Assembly (NCBI GenBank): GCA_003559855.1 | Contig: PWJZ01000067.1 | Location: 66,195 to 130,194 of the forward strand | From: Bacteroidales bacterium | Lineage (GTDB): Bacteria; Bacteroidota; Bacteroidia; Bacteroidales; UBA7960 | DNA: 64,000 nucleotides | Direction of reading: 5' to 3' | Shown: positions 30,350 to 43,271 of the stretch, piece after piece | Position numbering within the stretch: the first letter of the stretch is position 1 | Layout of the letters: each line of letters starts with the position of its first letter | Translations under genes and position numbers: made by a program | The notes under the pieces: generated by a model | What the model saw: only the letters and a program-made list of their open reading frames with translations | Database searches by the model: none | Told to the model about the DNA's origin: nothing

Positions 30350-31408
30350 ATGTCAATAAAGTCAGGATTTTTCAAACTAGCATTGATGTTTATGTTGTTG
30401 TTCTTTGCAGCATTTATCATGTTGCCGGAACCGGCAGTTAATGGGTCGGCACGGGTATTTGAGAATGATTATATATACGGACAAGAAACCCGCGATCAGA
30501 ACTGGTCGATTAATAAGACCACCATTCTCTGGCATAGAACACAAACAGCTTATGTTATATATCTGCTTTCTATTATTGTTGTTATTTACCTGATAATACA
30601 GCTCACCAACCGTCAACTGGTAAAAGCCAAGAAAAACCTGGAAAAAGTAGTAAGGGAGCGCACTTTTGAGATAGCTAATCAGAGGAAGAGTCTTGAGATT
30701 GAAAAGGAGAAGTCTGATAAATTATTACGTAACATTTTACCTTTTCAGGTAGCGCAGGAGCTTAAGATGCACGGCAGTGTGCGTGTACAATATTATGAAC
30801 AGGCTACGGTTATGTTTATGGATTTTAAAGATTTCAGTAAAACTTCTCAGTTTATAAATCCTTTGCATCTTTTGAATGAACTTGACAGGAGTTTTTGTTA
30901 TTTTGATGAAGTATGCGCCCGTCATGACCTTGAAAAGATCAAAACAATGGGTGATGCATATATGTGTGTGGGCGGCATCCCTCAACCAAATAAAACCAAT
31001 CCTTTTGATGCAATACTGGCTGCATTCGAAATAGTGGAGTTTATTAAAAAAGCTGCGAAAAATCAGTGGCTTAGTGAAATAAGAATAGGTATTCATACAG
31101 GTGAAATAATAGCAGGTGTTGTCGGTAAAAATAAATTTGCCTATGATGTTTGGGGAGAAACGGTTAATACGACAAAAAGGCTGGAGTCTTCTGGAGAGGT
31201 TAATAAGATTAATATTTCGGGTGAAACATATAATATAGTAAAAGATTTTTTTATATGTAATTTCAGGGGCAGGCTGCCGGCTAAACATTCGGATGAGTAT
31301 CAGATGTATTTTGTAAACCGGATAATAAAAGATTATTCGGAAAATGAGGCAGGTAAAAAGCCCAATAAAAAAATGCTTGATATTTTAAACAATATGAAAC
31401 AAAAATAA
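30350..31408 (+). CDS. Membrane-anchored class III adenylate/guanylate cyclase
   Basis: Two TMs, coiled coil, LL.NILP, FMDFKDF, EKIKTMGDAYM, RIGIHTG, YDVWGETVN...RLES. Confidence 0.93.
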   Translation: MSIKSGFFKLALMFMLLFFAAFIMLPEPAVNGSARVFENDYIYGQETRDQNWSINKTTILWHRTQTAYVIYLLSIIVVIYLIIQLTNRQLVKAKKNLEKVVRERTFEIANQRKSLEIEKEKSDKLLRNILPFQVAQELKMHGSVRVQYYEQATVMFMDFKDFSKTSQFINPLHLLNELDRSFCYFDEVCARHDLEKIKTMGDAYMCVGGIPQPNKTNPFDAILAAFEIVEFIKKAAKNQWLSEIRIGIHTGEIIAGVVGKNKFAYDVWGETVNTTKRLESSGEVNKINISGETYNIVKDFFICNFRGRLPAKHSDEYQMYFVNRIIKDYSENEAGKKPNKKMLDILNNMKQK

Positions 31409-31519
31409 CCTGTTATTAAATATAATATAGGCCAATAAAATTTTGTTTGAATTAAAAACGACAGTAAACCGGTACTGGTTATAAAATTGATTTTTTGTTA
31501 TAATATTTTTTTGTTAAGT

Positions 31520-32134
31520 ATGAGGTACAAAGAAGTTAAAGATTTTGTCATCAATAAATTAAAGAAAGGACTGCCACCGAGCTTGTATTATCATAATTAT
31601 AAACATACGCTTGATCTTTTGGACGGTGTTGAATATTTGGCAAAAGAAGAAAACGTAATGGGAGACGATCTAATATTGCTCAGGACTGCGGCTCTTTTTC
31701 ATGATACGGGTTTTTTGTATCAATATGATAATAATGAGCCTTTTGGCTGCGATTTTACAAAGGAAGTATTGCCGGATTACGGCTATAATGACAAACAAAT
31801 TGAAATGATCTGCGATATGATCATGGCGACAAAAATGCCACAAAAACCGAAAGGCAAGCTTGCTGAAATATTGTGTGATGCCGATCTGTTTTATATCGGA
31901 AGAGACGATTTCTTTATTACGGCTTTAAGATTGCATCGTGAATGGAGCGAAAACAGCACAAGAAAAATTACATTTAAAGATTGGTATTTGAACCAAAAGA
32001 GTTTCGTATTATCGCATGAGTTTTTTACGCAATCGGCCAGAAAGTTACTTAAAGAAAAGAAAAAACATAATTTAATACAAATTAATGAGCTTCTATCACT
32101 CCTGGAAGCAACTTTTGGTGAAAAAACTGTGTAA
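31520..32134 (+). CDS. HD-domain phosphohydrolase
   Basis: YYHN..HT, AALFHDTG, MI.AT..P, ILCDADL; ATG 31520 preferred. Confidence 0.9.
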   Translation: MRYKEVKDFVINKLKKGLPPSLYYHNYKHTLDLLDGVEYLAKEENVMGDDLILLRTAALFHDTGFLYQYDNNEPFGCDFTKEVLPDYGYNDKQIEMICDMIMATKMPQKPKGKLAEILCDADLFYIGRDDFFITALRLHREWSENSTRKITFKDWYLNQKSFVLSHEFFTQSARKLLKEKKKHNLIQINELLSLLEATFGEKTV

Positions 32135-32256
32135 TTTTAAGAATTTTACTTAATATTATTATGTAAAATTGTCATATTATTGGGGAACTTTATTTTTATT
32201 TATTCGTATGAATTATTAAAGTGTTAATATTGTATAACCAATAATTAATTATAATT

Positions 32257-33108
32257 ATGCAAAATGATAAGGGCAACACCATTCTAGTACCCACCGATTT
32301 CACTAAAATCGGCGACTATGCGGTCAATAACGCTGTTATACTGGCTAAGGAATTAGGTTTTAGTATCTGTATTTTGCACGTTATTAACAAAACCACAAGG
32401 AAGATCCTGGCTAAGGAAAACAAAACCACCGAATATATTAATGAAAAGTTGATTGAAATTGCTGATAAAGTTAAACGAGAGCATAATATTGAAGTGGATT
32501 ATATAGCCCGCGAAGGCAGTATTTTTTCGATCATTGCAGAAGTGGCTGAGGAGATCAAAGCCAATTATGTGGTTATCGGCACACACGGCAAAAAAGGCAT
32601 ACAGTTTCTACTGGGGAGTTTTGCTTTAAAGGTTATTAAAGGTTCGCCGGCACCTGTTTTCGTAGTTCAGAAAAATCCGGAAAAAAAAGTTATTGATAAT
32701 ATTGTCTTTCCCCTGGATCTCGAAGAAGGCTCAAAACAAAAGGTCAAATGGGCAATTATTTTATTTAAACAGCTTAATGCTAAATTTCACCTCTTTGTTT
32801 ACAATCAAAAAGATGAATTCAGTCAAAATAGGATTAAAGCTGACCTGAACCAAGTCAAGAAAATATTCGATAAACATAAAATTTCCTATACATCAACGTT
32901 TAGCGCAAGAAAGACATCTTATTACAAACAGTTGATCAATTTTGCGAAAAAAACAAACAGTGATCTGTTACTGATGTCAACTGATCCTGACAAAACAGCA
33001 GTCAATCCGTTTGGCTCTAGTCATGAAAAAATAATTTACAACCCGGAAAAGTTCCCTATAATGTGTATTAATTCACAGGAATTGAAGATTCTGATTGGTA
33101 CATTATAA
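32257..33108 (+). CDS. Universal stress protein (tandem USP)
   Basis: ILVPTDF, ILHV, VIGTHG..G....LGS.A..VI..SP.PV; second degenerate USP domain. Confidence 0.92.
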   Translation: MQNDKGNTILVPTDFTKIGDYAVNNAVILAKELGFSICILHVINKTTRKILAKENKTTEYINEKLIEIADKVKREHNIEVDYIAREGSIFSIIAEVAEEIKANYVVIGTHGKKGIQFLLGSFALKVIKGSPAPVFVVQKNPEKKVIDNIVFPLDLEEGSKQKVKWAIILFKQLNAKFHLFVYNQKDEFSQNRIKADLNQVKKIFDKHKISYTSTFSARKTSYYKQLINFAKKTNSDLLLMSTDPDKTAVNPFGSSHEKIIYNPEKFPIMCINSQELKILIGTL

Positions 33109-33306
33109 TGTTTTCTTTCAAACGGTATGATGTTGAGTTTTATGATTTTACATCTTCCTGATTTGCCCGCAAATTTTAATCAATTGGTATATATTACCGT
33201 TGAACGTATCTTTATGTCATGAAAAAGTGAGCCGAATCATCGAATATTTTTTCGGTTTTTGCTGCCTCAAAGAATTTTTTCATTCCGATAAGATATATTT
33301 AAAATT

Positions 33307-33489
33307 CTGATTTCTGATAATAACAATATATATTTATCAATTTTGCCTTTTTAGTTCTTAACCCATGAAATCTTCATGCTTTATAATCCCTTGGGTTGTC
33401 AGACCGGTTATTCATATTGCCCGTGAAACTGCTTCGTTAAGTTCACTAAGTTCATCTGCTTTTGTGAATATAAGTTAACGGGGTTTCAT
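33307..33489 (-). repeat. Dispersed structured repeat family A, copy 2
   Basis: Reverse complement shares CATGGGTTAAGAACTAAAAA with copy 1 and GTTTCACGGGCAATATGA with copy 3. Confidence 0.85.
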
Positions 33490-33502
33490 TCGAAAAATGT
33501 AA

Positions 33503-36279
<2,777 letters not shown>

Positions 36280-36587
36280 AATCAGAATACTTTTTTAATG
36301 TTCATAATAAAAGTGATCAAATTACCCTGTTTTGAATGCGCATTGATCATCCCTGTTTATACAACATGCTCACATCGGCGAAGATATTAAAAAAGAACGT
36401 AAAATAATGTTTTTGTTTCGGTTATAAATAATATTTAATCTGAAATTTCTTAACCCGGAATGTTTTTTTAAATTTGGCAGCAAAGTAAATATGGCCTGTA
36501 AAATATATTGACAGAAAAAATACAACATATTTAAAAAAGAAGCCGTTTTTTATAATATATTTGGTCGAATATTAACCAATTTGTTAA

Positions 36588-37049
36588 ATGAGCGAATCAA
36601 ATCAATTGCATCCGAATAAAATAGTACATTTTTCGGTTGAAGCATCTGTGGGCAGCAGGGGCAATTTCCGCATAACAGTGTTAGGACAGCTTATTATTGG
36701 GTTGCTTTATTCTTTCGGGTTTTTTGACTTCAGAATTGTCGGATTGATAATTGGTTATATTCTGCCTGTTATATGGGTTATCGGTTCTTACAGGTTTTTG
36801 AAATTCAGAGCCATGAAAACCGAATCACTTCCTTTTCCGGGTTTTATAAGGAAAGATCCGGGCAATATGCTGGTAATAATAGTTGATATCGTTTTTTTGT
36901 CAATTATCTGGTATATTATCCTGGCGGGATTATATGACGCCACATGGTTGAAATTTATTTTTACTATCTTCTTTCCTTTGCTTACCTTGTCAATGATGAG
37001 ATCGCTGGTTATTATCCCGCAGGATAAAGAAGATAAGGGGAATGAATAA
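36588..37049 (+). CDS. Hypothetical 4-TM membrane protein
   Basis: 153-aa ORF with four hydrophobic segments. Confidence 0.7.
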   Translation: MSESNQLHPNKIVHFSVEASVGSRGNFRITVLGQLIIGLLYSFGFFDFRIVGLIIGYILPVIWVIGSYRFLKFRAMKTESLPFPGFIRKDPGNMLVIIVDIVFLSIIWYIILAGLYDATWLKFIFTIFFPLLTLSMMRSLVIIPQDKEDKGNE

Positions 37050-37276
37050 AGCTCTGCTGATACTTAGTATTATAAAACCATTATCCACTGAAATTTATCA
37101 AAAAAGATGAACAGAGCATGAAAGTTTCGGGAGGTTAGAAGGGGAATGCCAGTTTAACAGACATATATTACCAGCTATCGGAATGTTTAATACGTTTTAT
37201 ACAAATAAAAATTTTTAAAGGCATCCAACGTGTAAATTACTCTGAACCATTGAAAGATTTAGGATGTAAATACACG

Positions 37277-37310
37277 AAAGGGGTGAACATTACTTGCTCA
37301 CCCCTTTTTT
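37277..37310. terminator. Intrinsic, probably bidirectional, terminator
   Basis: AAAGGGGTGA...TCACCCCTTTTTT hairpin between convergent genes. Confidence 0.8.
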
Positions 37311-37323
37311 AGCTTATCCGGTT

Positions 37324-37824
37324 TTATTGTCCTTCAAGCATTTCATTGACTCTTTGCTGTACTTCAGGATCTTGCTGGTATGCAGTCATAATTTCTTCAT
37401 ATTCCTGATATTGAAGTCCGGCATCTTCAATTGCCTGCGTAACCTCTTCGTCGGCTGCTTCCTGGACTTCGCTTACCTTTTGCAGTGCTCTGTCAAATGC
37501 CTGCTTCTCTTCTTCTGTGGCTTCCATTTCAGCCTGAGGGTCCTGCATAGCATTAAACATATGGTTAAATTCTTCTACTGTTAGTCCTTCTCCTTCAATG
37601 CCTTCAACCATTTCATGGTTTGTTTTTTGTTGAATGGCCATTACATCCTGAGCAGCTTTAACGAACATTTCCAGCTCTTCATCAGTAAAATCCGTGCGAG
37701 CTTCCTGACGTTCAAGCCTAATAGGCTCCTGACCGTAAATATTGTCTGAAAACAGGCAAAAGATTACGGCAAAAACCGCAATAACGGATGATACATTTTT
37801 AATTTTACTTTTTGTGTTAAACAT
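37324..37824 (-). CDS. Secreted DUF4168-like protein (two repeats)
   Basis: Signal peptide; FTDEEL..F..A, GLTVEEFN and AI..AGL....Y.EI....QQDP pattern. Confidence 0.8.
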   Translation of the reverse strand: MFNTKSKIKNVSSVIAVFAVIFCLFSDNIYGQEPIRLERQEARTDFTDEELEMFVKAAQDVMAIQQKTNHEMVEGIEGEGLTVEEFNHMFNAMQDPQAEMEATEEEKQAFDRALQKVSEVQEAADEEVTQAIEDAGLQYQEYEEIMTAYQQDPEVQQRVNEMLEGQ

Positions 37825-38108
37825 AATTACTTAAAATTTGATTTTTAAAAAAATAGGTTTTTAACAAAAAAACAAAAAAAGTTATTACTTTCCAAATCTT
37901 TATAATCAAGTTATTGATTTTTTAGAAAAGATAATGTTTTTTAAAGACCTGCATGTTGGTTATCTCAGGGGATAATTCAATATTTTTCCGGCAATTACCA
38001 GAAAAAAATTTAACATAACTATTTGTATTCTGCAAAAATATTAAGCCGAACAGTTATCAATTTTAGTATGGTGCTTCCGTTTTTTGAATGAAAATTATGC
38101 ACAGTTTG

Positions 38109-40547
38109 CTATTCTTTCTTGTCCTTGTCCTTCTTTTTTGTTGCTTCTTCTCCCTTTGAACTATTTTCAGTTTCACCGGTTTTGTCCTTTTTTGTTTTGC
38201 CGGTTGATTTTTCCTCTGTTTTAGTTTGTTTTTTGGAAGTTTTTGTTTTAGCGGCTTTTTCCTGTTTTTTCTCAGCTTTTCCGCCGGTTTCAGCTTTTTT
38301 GTCTTCAGATTTGGCCTTTGTTTTTGGCTTTTCCTTTTTAGGTTCTTCTTCTGCCTTGATTTCTTCCTTTTTCTTCTCCTCCTTTATCTTTTCAGCTTTT
38401 GCACTATCCTTATCTTCTTTTAATTTGGAAGCATCTTTATCCTTTGTTTCTTTTACGGTCTTGCTTTCCGCTTTTGTTTTTTCGGCCGAAGGTTTTTCCC
38501 CGGTTGGTTTTTCTTTTTTCTCAGGCTTTTTTACTTTGGTTTTTTCTGACTTTTCATATTCGGTTTTCAGATTTGCCAATGCATCGATATCGCCAAGGGT
38601 AGTTTTTTCCATACTGTCTTTCATTTTCTTGACGGCTTGTTTTGTAGACTTGTCCTTGGCTTTTTTCTTTGCGCTTTCGCCTGCTCTTTCAGCAGCAAGC
38701 TTATCCTGGAATATTTTAGTATGTGAAACGATTATTTTCTTGCTTTCCTTGTTGAATTCGATGACCTTAAAGTCAAGTGTTTCATCCATTTTAGCCGTTG
38801 TACCGTCTTCCTTAACGATATACCGTGTCGGGGCAAATCCTTCAACTCCGTATGGCAGGGCAACTATTACGCCTTTATCGGACGAACTTACTATCGTGCC
38901 TTTATGTATGGAGTCTATCTTGAACACTGTTTCGAAAACATCCCACGGGTTTTCTTCAAGCTGTTTATGACCGAGGCTTAAACGTCGATTTTCCTTATCG
39001 ACGTCAAGTACTACTACTTCTATTTTTTCACCTATTTTGGTAAATTCGGCCGGATGTTTTATTTTTTTACTCCATGACAGGTCGCTGATGTGTATTAATC
39101 CGTCAACACCTTCTTCCAGTTCTACGAAAATACCGAAATTGGTGAAATTTCTGACAGTAGCTGTATGTTTTGACTTGGGCGGGTATTTTTCATGAATTTT
39201 TTCCCATGGGTCGGGTATCAGCTGTTTTATACCGAGCGACATTTTTCTTTCTTCCCGGTCGAGGGTCAGGATGACGGCTTCGACTTCATCGCCGACTTTG
39301 AGGAAATCCTGTGCTGTACGCAGGTGCTGAGACCATGACATTTCAGAAACATGTATCAATCCTTCGACTCCGGGTGCGATTTCTATAAATGCACCATAAT
39401 CGGTAATAACCACTACACGACCTTTTACCTTGTCGCCAACTTTCAAATCCGGATCAAGCGAATCCCACGGATGCGGGGTCAACTGTTTCAGCCCCAGTGC
39501 AATGCGTTTTTTGTTGTCATCAAAATCAAGAATAACAACATTGATCTTCTGGTCAAGACTGACAACCTCTTCAGGATGATTAATACGACCCCATGAAAGG
39601 TCAGTAATATGAATAAGACCGTCAACACCTCCAAGGTCAATAAATACACCATAGGATGTAATGTTTTTTACGGTGCCCTCAAGTATCTGTCCTTTTTCAA
39701 GCTTGGAAATGATCTCTGCCTTTTGAATTTCAAGCTCTTCTTCAATAAGTGCTTTATGTGAAACCACAACGTTTTTGAATTCATGGTTGATCTTAACAAC
39801 CTTGAATTCCATGGTTTTACCGACATAAATATCATAATCACGGATCGGCTTAACATCGATTTGAGACCCCGGTAAAAAAGCTTCAATACCAAAAACGTCA
39901 ACTATTAACCCGCCTTTGGTACGGCATTTTACATATCCGTTGATAACCTCGTCTTTTTCATGTGCCTCATTGATCCTTTCCCACGAACGCAAAGTACGTG
40001 CTTTCTTATGTGAAAGAATAAGTTGACCTGAAATATCTTCCCGGCTTTCCACATAAACCTCGATTTTGTCGCCTATCTTCAGATCAGGATTATATCTGAC
40101 TTCTGAGGCAGGGATGACCCCATCCGATTTAAATCCTATATTTACAACAATCTCCCTGTTATTTATCGAAACAACCGTGCCGTCTAAAACTTCACCCTCA
40201 CCAATCGATTTAAGGGTGTCATCATACATGCTTTCCAACTGTTTGCGCTCTTCCTCCGAATATACCTCCTGTTTTTTTTCAACGGTTTCCCAATCAAAAT
40301 CCTCGGGAGCCGAAACCTTATCAGTGGCAACAACTACACCATCTTCATCTTTTATCAGTTCCGGAGCAGATCCTTTCTTATTCTTATCAGGGCTGTCAAC
40401 AGTTTCTTCCTTTTTTTCTGATCCCTGTTTATCAGGATTTTCTAATTTCGATTGATCGCCGGGTGTCTCTTTTGATTGCTCTTCAATCTCATCACTCTTT
40501 TTGCCCGTATCTTCCGTGGAGTTCTTATTTTTATTTTCTTCTGACAT
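38109..40547 (-). CDS. rpsA: 30S ribosomal protein S1 with long charged N- and C-terminal extensions
   Basis: Six S1 repeats (AFLPGSQID, GLIHITDLSW, GLIHVSEMSW, GLIHISDLSW); Bacteroidota-type FDW start motif and TTLGDIDAL motif. Confidence 0.97.
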   Translation of the reverse strand: MSEENKNKNSTEDTGKKSDEIEEQSKETPGDQSKLENPDKQGSEKKEETVDSPDKNKKGSAPELIKDEDGVVVATDKVSAPEDFDWETVEKKQEVYSEEERKQLESMYDDTLKSIGEGEVLDGTVVSINNREIVVNIGFKSDGVIPASEVRYNPDLKIGDKIEVYVESREDISGQLILSHKKARTLRSWERINEAHEKDEVINGYVKCRTKGGLIVDVFGIEAFLPGSQIDVKPIRDYDIYVGKTMEFKVVKINHEFKNVVVSHKALIEEELEIQKAEIISKLEKGQILEGTVKNITSYGVFIDLGGVDGLIHITDLSWGRINHPEEVVSLDQKINVVILDFDDNKKRIALGLKQLTPHPWDSLDPDLKVGDKVKGRVVVITDYGAFIEIAPGVEGLIHVSEMSWSQHLRTAQDFLKVGDEVEAVILTLDREERKMSLGIKQLIPDPWEKIHEKYPPKSKHTATVRNFTNFGIFVELEEGVDGLIHISDLSWSKKIKHPAEFTKIGEKIEVVVLDVDKENRRLSLGHKQLEENPWDVFETVFKIDSIHKGTIVSSSDKGVIVALPYGVEGFAPTRYIVKEDGTTAKMDETLDFKVIEFNKESKKIIVSHTKIFQDKLAAERAGESAKKKAKDKSTKQAVKKMKDSMEKTTLGDIDALANLKTEYEKSEKTKVKKPEKKEKPTGEKPSAEKTKAESKTVKETKDKDASKLKEDKDSAKAEKIKEEKKKEEIKAEEEPKKEKPKTKAKSEDKKAETGGKAEKKQEKAAKTKTSKKQTKTEEKSTGKTKKDKTGETENSSKGEEATKKKDKDKKE

Positions 40548-40625
40548 TAGGTAATTTTAATTATTACTGGATTTTTTAAAACCATGTTATACAATTGATT
40601 TAATTAACTCTAAAAAAATGAACTG

Positions 40626-40633
40626 CAAAATTA
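40626..40633 (-). promoter_or_regulatory. -7 promoter box for rpsA
   Basis: TAATTTTG(CA) on the minus strand, about 80 nt upstream of the start. Confidence 0.6.
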
Positions 40634-41136
40634 GAAAAAATCATATAAACAACAAACTATAATTTTCAGATTTTATGATAATCCTGTATGGATGTATAAT
40701 ATTTCACCCGTGCACGATTAAAATTTATTGAAACTTATGGATATCAATATAAATAAATGCTTTGCTAAAGTTGAATATTTGGAAGGCAACTTCTAAAATT
40801 TATTTTATGCCGCCAGAAAATTTACCCGGTTTGATATATATTTCCCATATTCATACTGATATCTGACAATTTATCCGACAGGCTTAATGATTTAGTGGTT
40901 TTTTGCTATATTTAATTTTCGCCGGATAGTAGCGATAAAATTTTTGAAAAGCATAAAAAACACTTCAGATTTACTTAAATTTGAGAAATTTTTATAATTA
41001 ACGGCAAACGCGTTCAAAAAAGTGAAAGCTTCCGGATAAATAAGGATCAAACCGGGCAGGCTGTTCCTGTATACACAACAGTTTGCTTACAAGAATGATA
41101 TAATATCTGAGCAGTCAAATCAAATTATGAGCATAT

Positions 41137-41252
41137 AAAACCCTCATAAACGGAACCTTAGCAAAATTAGATGAACTTGGCGAAGCGGTTTCACGGGCAA
41201 TATGAGTAACCGATTTTCCGGCTGAAGGTAGTTATTAGGCATGAGGATTCAT
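41137..41252 (+). repeat. Dispersed structured repeat family A, copy 3
   Basis: AAACCCTCAT...GCATGAGGATT ends; exact 18-mer GTTTCACGGGCAATATGA shared with copy 2. Confidence 0.8.
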
Positions 41253-41327
41253 CAGACCGGATTTATTAGCGTTCGTCTATAAAATATACATTATTATAAG
41301 TCAAATGTTTAACCATATTTTATTCAG

Positions 41328-43133
41328 ATGAAACGATTGACAAAGTGGTATAAGAACCTGTATCTGAAAAAACGTTTTATTTTTTCATTAAACTTGACCG
41401 TTGTTATATTCATACTGATCACATCGGTATTTATCACGACAAATCTTATAAACAGTCAAAAAGCCGGTGGTGAAAACAAGCTTTTTAATGAGCTGGGTCA
41501 TTTGACTGCTTTGCTTGACATAACTAAAGAGCTTGATATTGAAGACATCAGGGATCATGTTTATGATAAAAGCTTTTATAACACGGGATATGTTTCATTT
41601 ATTGACCGCAACGGCAATGTTATAATCAGCAGTCATAATGAAGGGGCAAATATATCAGATGAACCGTTTTTCAGGGATATAGAGATAATGAGGGAGGGTA
41701 AATCCCGCTATTATGATGAAGCTGAAGGAAGATGGAAGTGGCAATACTTTACGTGGTATTCGCCAATGCAGTCTTATATTGTTGCCACAGTTGATCAGGG
41801 TGAGTTTATTGTAAAGCCTGTTTTAAATACATTAATGATACTTTTGCTTATAATGATAATTGCGTTGATTGTTTTTAGTACGGTGGGTTATTTTATTACC
41901 GGAACAATATCTTACCCTGTAAAAAGGCTGGTTGGTGTTATAGATGATCTTGGCAGGGGAGTGCTTCCCGGAAAGTTTGATCATGATTATGAGGATGAGG
42001 TAGGGCATATGACAAGATCGGTCAATAATTTTATTGATGGTTTAAAAAGAACCGCCTTATTTGCCAAAGAGATAGGGACCAGCAATTTTGATTACGAATA
42101 TACCCCTCTCAGCAAGGATGATATGCTGGGCAATGCATTGCTTGATATGCGTCAAAGCCTCAAAAGCGCTGCAGAAGAAGAACAGGTCAGAAAAGCAGAG
42201 ATTGAAAAAAGAAACTGGTCAACCCAGGGGATAGCCATATTTGGGGATATACTCAGACAGAATTATTCCGATATCAATGAACTGTCATTCAATATAATTA
42301 AAAATCTTGTTGAATATTTAGGTGCTAATCAGGGTGGATTGTTCATAATCAACGATGAGAGTGAAGACAAAAAATTTCTTGAGCTTACCGCTTGTTATGC
42401 TTACGACCGGCGCAAATTTATGGAAAAACATATCATGATAGGTGAAGGGCTGGTTGGCACTTGTTATTTGGAAAAACAGACTATACATATAACAGAAATA
42501 CCGGACAATTACATACATATTACTTCCGGGCTGGGCCGGGAAAACCCTTCGGCATTGATAATTGTACCGGTAAAGAGGAATGAGAAGATATATGGTATAA
42601 TAGAGCTGGCGTCGTTCAGTAATTTTGAGGGCTATCAGATCGAGTTTGTTGAGAATGTGGGTGAGAGTATTGCTTCTACCGTCAGTAATATGAAGATCAG
42701 CCAGAGAACGGCAATGCTTTTGGAAAAGTCGCAGAAACAGGCTGAAGAGATGCGTGCACAGGAAGAGGAGATGCGGCAGAATATGGAAGAACTGCATGCC
42801 ACTCAGGAAGCCATGGCTGAGAAAGAACGCGAAAATCAACGAAAAATAGATAAGCTATATGCTGAAATCGCTGAAAAGGAAAAAGAGATAAATGAATTGA
42901 CCGAAAAACTGAAAAAACAAGAAAGGGATATTGAAGATATTGAAAAAAGCGAAGCTGAACCTGAAGATAAAATTGCAGAAGAAGAAAGTGCAGAAACAGT
43001 TGACAAAAAAGAAGATGAAGACCAGGATACCATTAAGGATATTCATGATGAAAGCAAAACCGAAAGCCAGAGTGAATGGTCGGAACATTTAAAAGAGAGC
43101 TTTAAACAATTCAGGAAAGGCAGAAAAAAATAA
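41328..43133 (+). CDS. Membrane sensor: Cache-like - HAMP - GAF - coiled coil, no enzymatic output domain
   Basis: Two TMs flanking TGYVSFID..G, HAMP DEVG.M..SVN, GAF (GEGLVG, IVP....IYGIIEL), EEMRAQEEEMRQNMEEL.ATQE coiled coil. Confidence 0.85.
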   Translation: MKRLTKWYKNLYLKKRFIFSLNLTVVIFILITSVFITTNLINSQKAGGENKLFNELGHLTALLDITKELDIEDIRDHVYDKSFYNTGYVSFIDRNGNVIISSHNEGANISDEPFFRDIEIMREGKSRYYDEAEGRWKWQYFTWYSPMQSYIVATVDQGEFIVKPVLNTLMILLLIMIIALIVFSTVGYFITGTISYPVKRLVGVIDDLGRGVLPGKFDHDYEDEVGHMTRSVNNFIDGLKRTALFAKEIGTSNFDYEYTPLSKDDMLGNALLDMRQSLKSAAEEEQVRKAEIEKRNWSTQGIAIFGDILRQNYSDINELSFNIIKNLVEYLGANQGGLFIINDESEDKKFLELTACYAYDRRKFMEKHIMIGEGLVGTCYLEKQTIHITEIPDNYIHITSGLGRENPSALIIVPVKRNEKIYGIIELASFSNFEGYQIEFVENVGESIASTVSNMKISQRTAMLLEKSQKQAEEMRAQEEEMRQNMEELHATQEAMAEKERENQRKIDKLYAEIAEKEKEINELTEKLKKQERDIEDIEKSEAEPEDKIAEEESAETVDKKEDEDQDTIKDIHDESKTESQSEWSEHLKESFKQFRKGRKK

Positions 43134-43170
43134 CCGGGTATGTAAATGTTATACACGGTGTGGTTTTTTT
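43133..43170 (+). terminator. Putative intrinsic terminator
   Basis: ACCG.GTAT...ATAC.CGGT imperfect stem followed by a T-run, right after the stop codon. Confidence 0.45.
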
Positions 43171-43271
43171 TAAGCTTGATTATAAATCTTCAGCGGCCAA
43201 TTGCCAATATCTTTTTATATTTAAAACTGTCTAAGAAGCCTTTTCATCAAGAGATTCTGATTTGACCGGTT

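Noticed and set aside
30350-32134. Pycsar anti-phage system call
   Set aside because: The cyclase has adenine-type K/D specificity residues and TM anchors, and no PycTM/PycTIR effector is adjacent; kept as a signalling hypothesis.
38119-38970. 283-aa F/S/L-rich ORF on the + strand
   Set aside because: Antisense shadow of the K/E-rich rpsA tail; AAA/GAA codons read as TTT/TTC on the other strand.
41000-41050. GGCAAACGCG...GAAAGCTTCCGG upstream of the GAF sensor as a c-di-GMP riboswitch
   Set aside because: The P2 stem cannot pair and the GCAAA receptor segment is missing.
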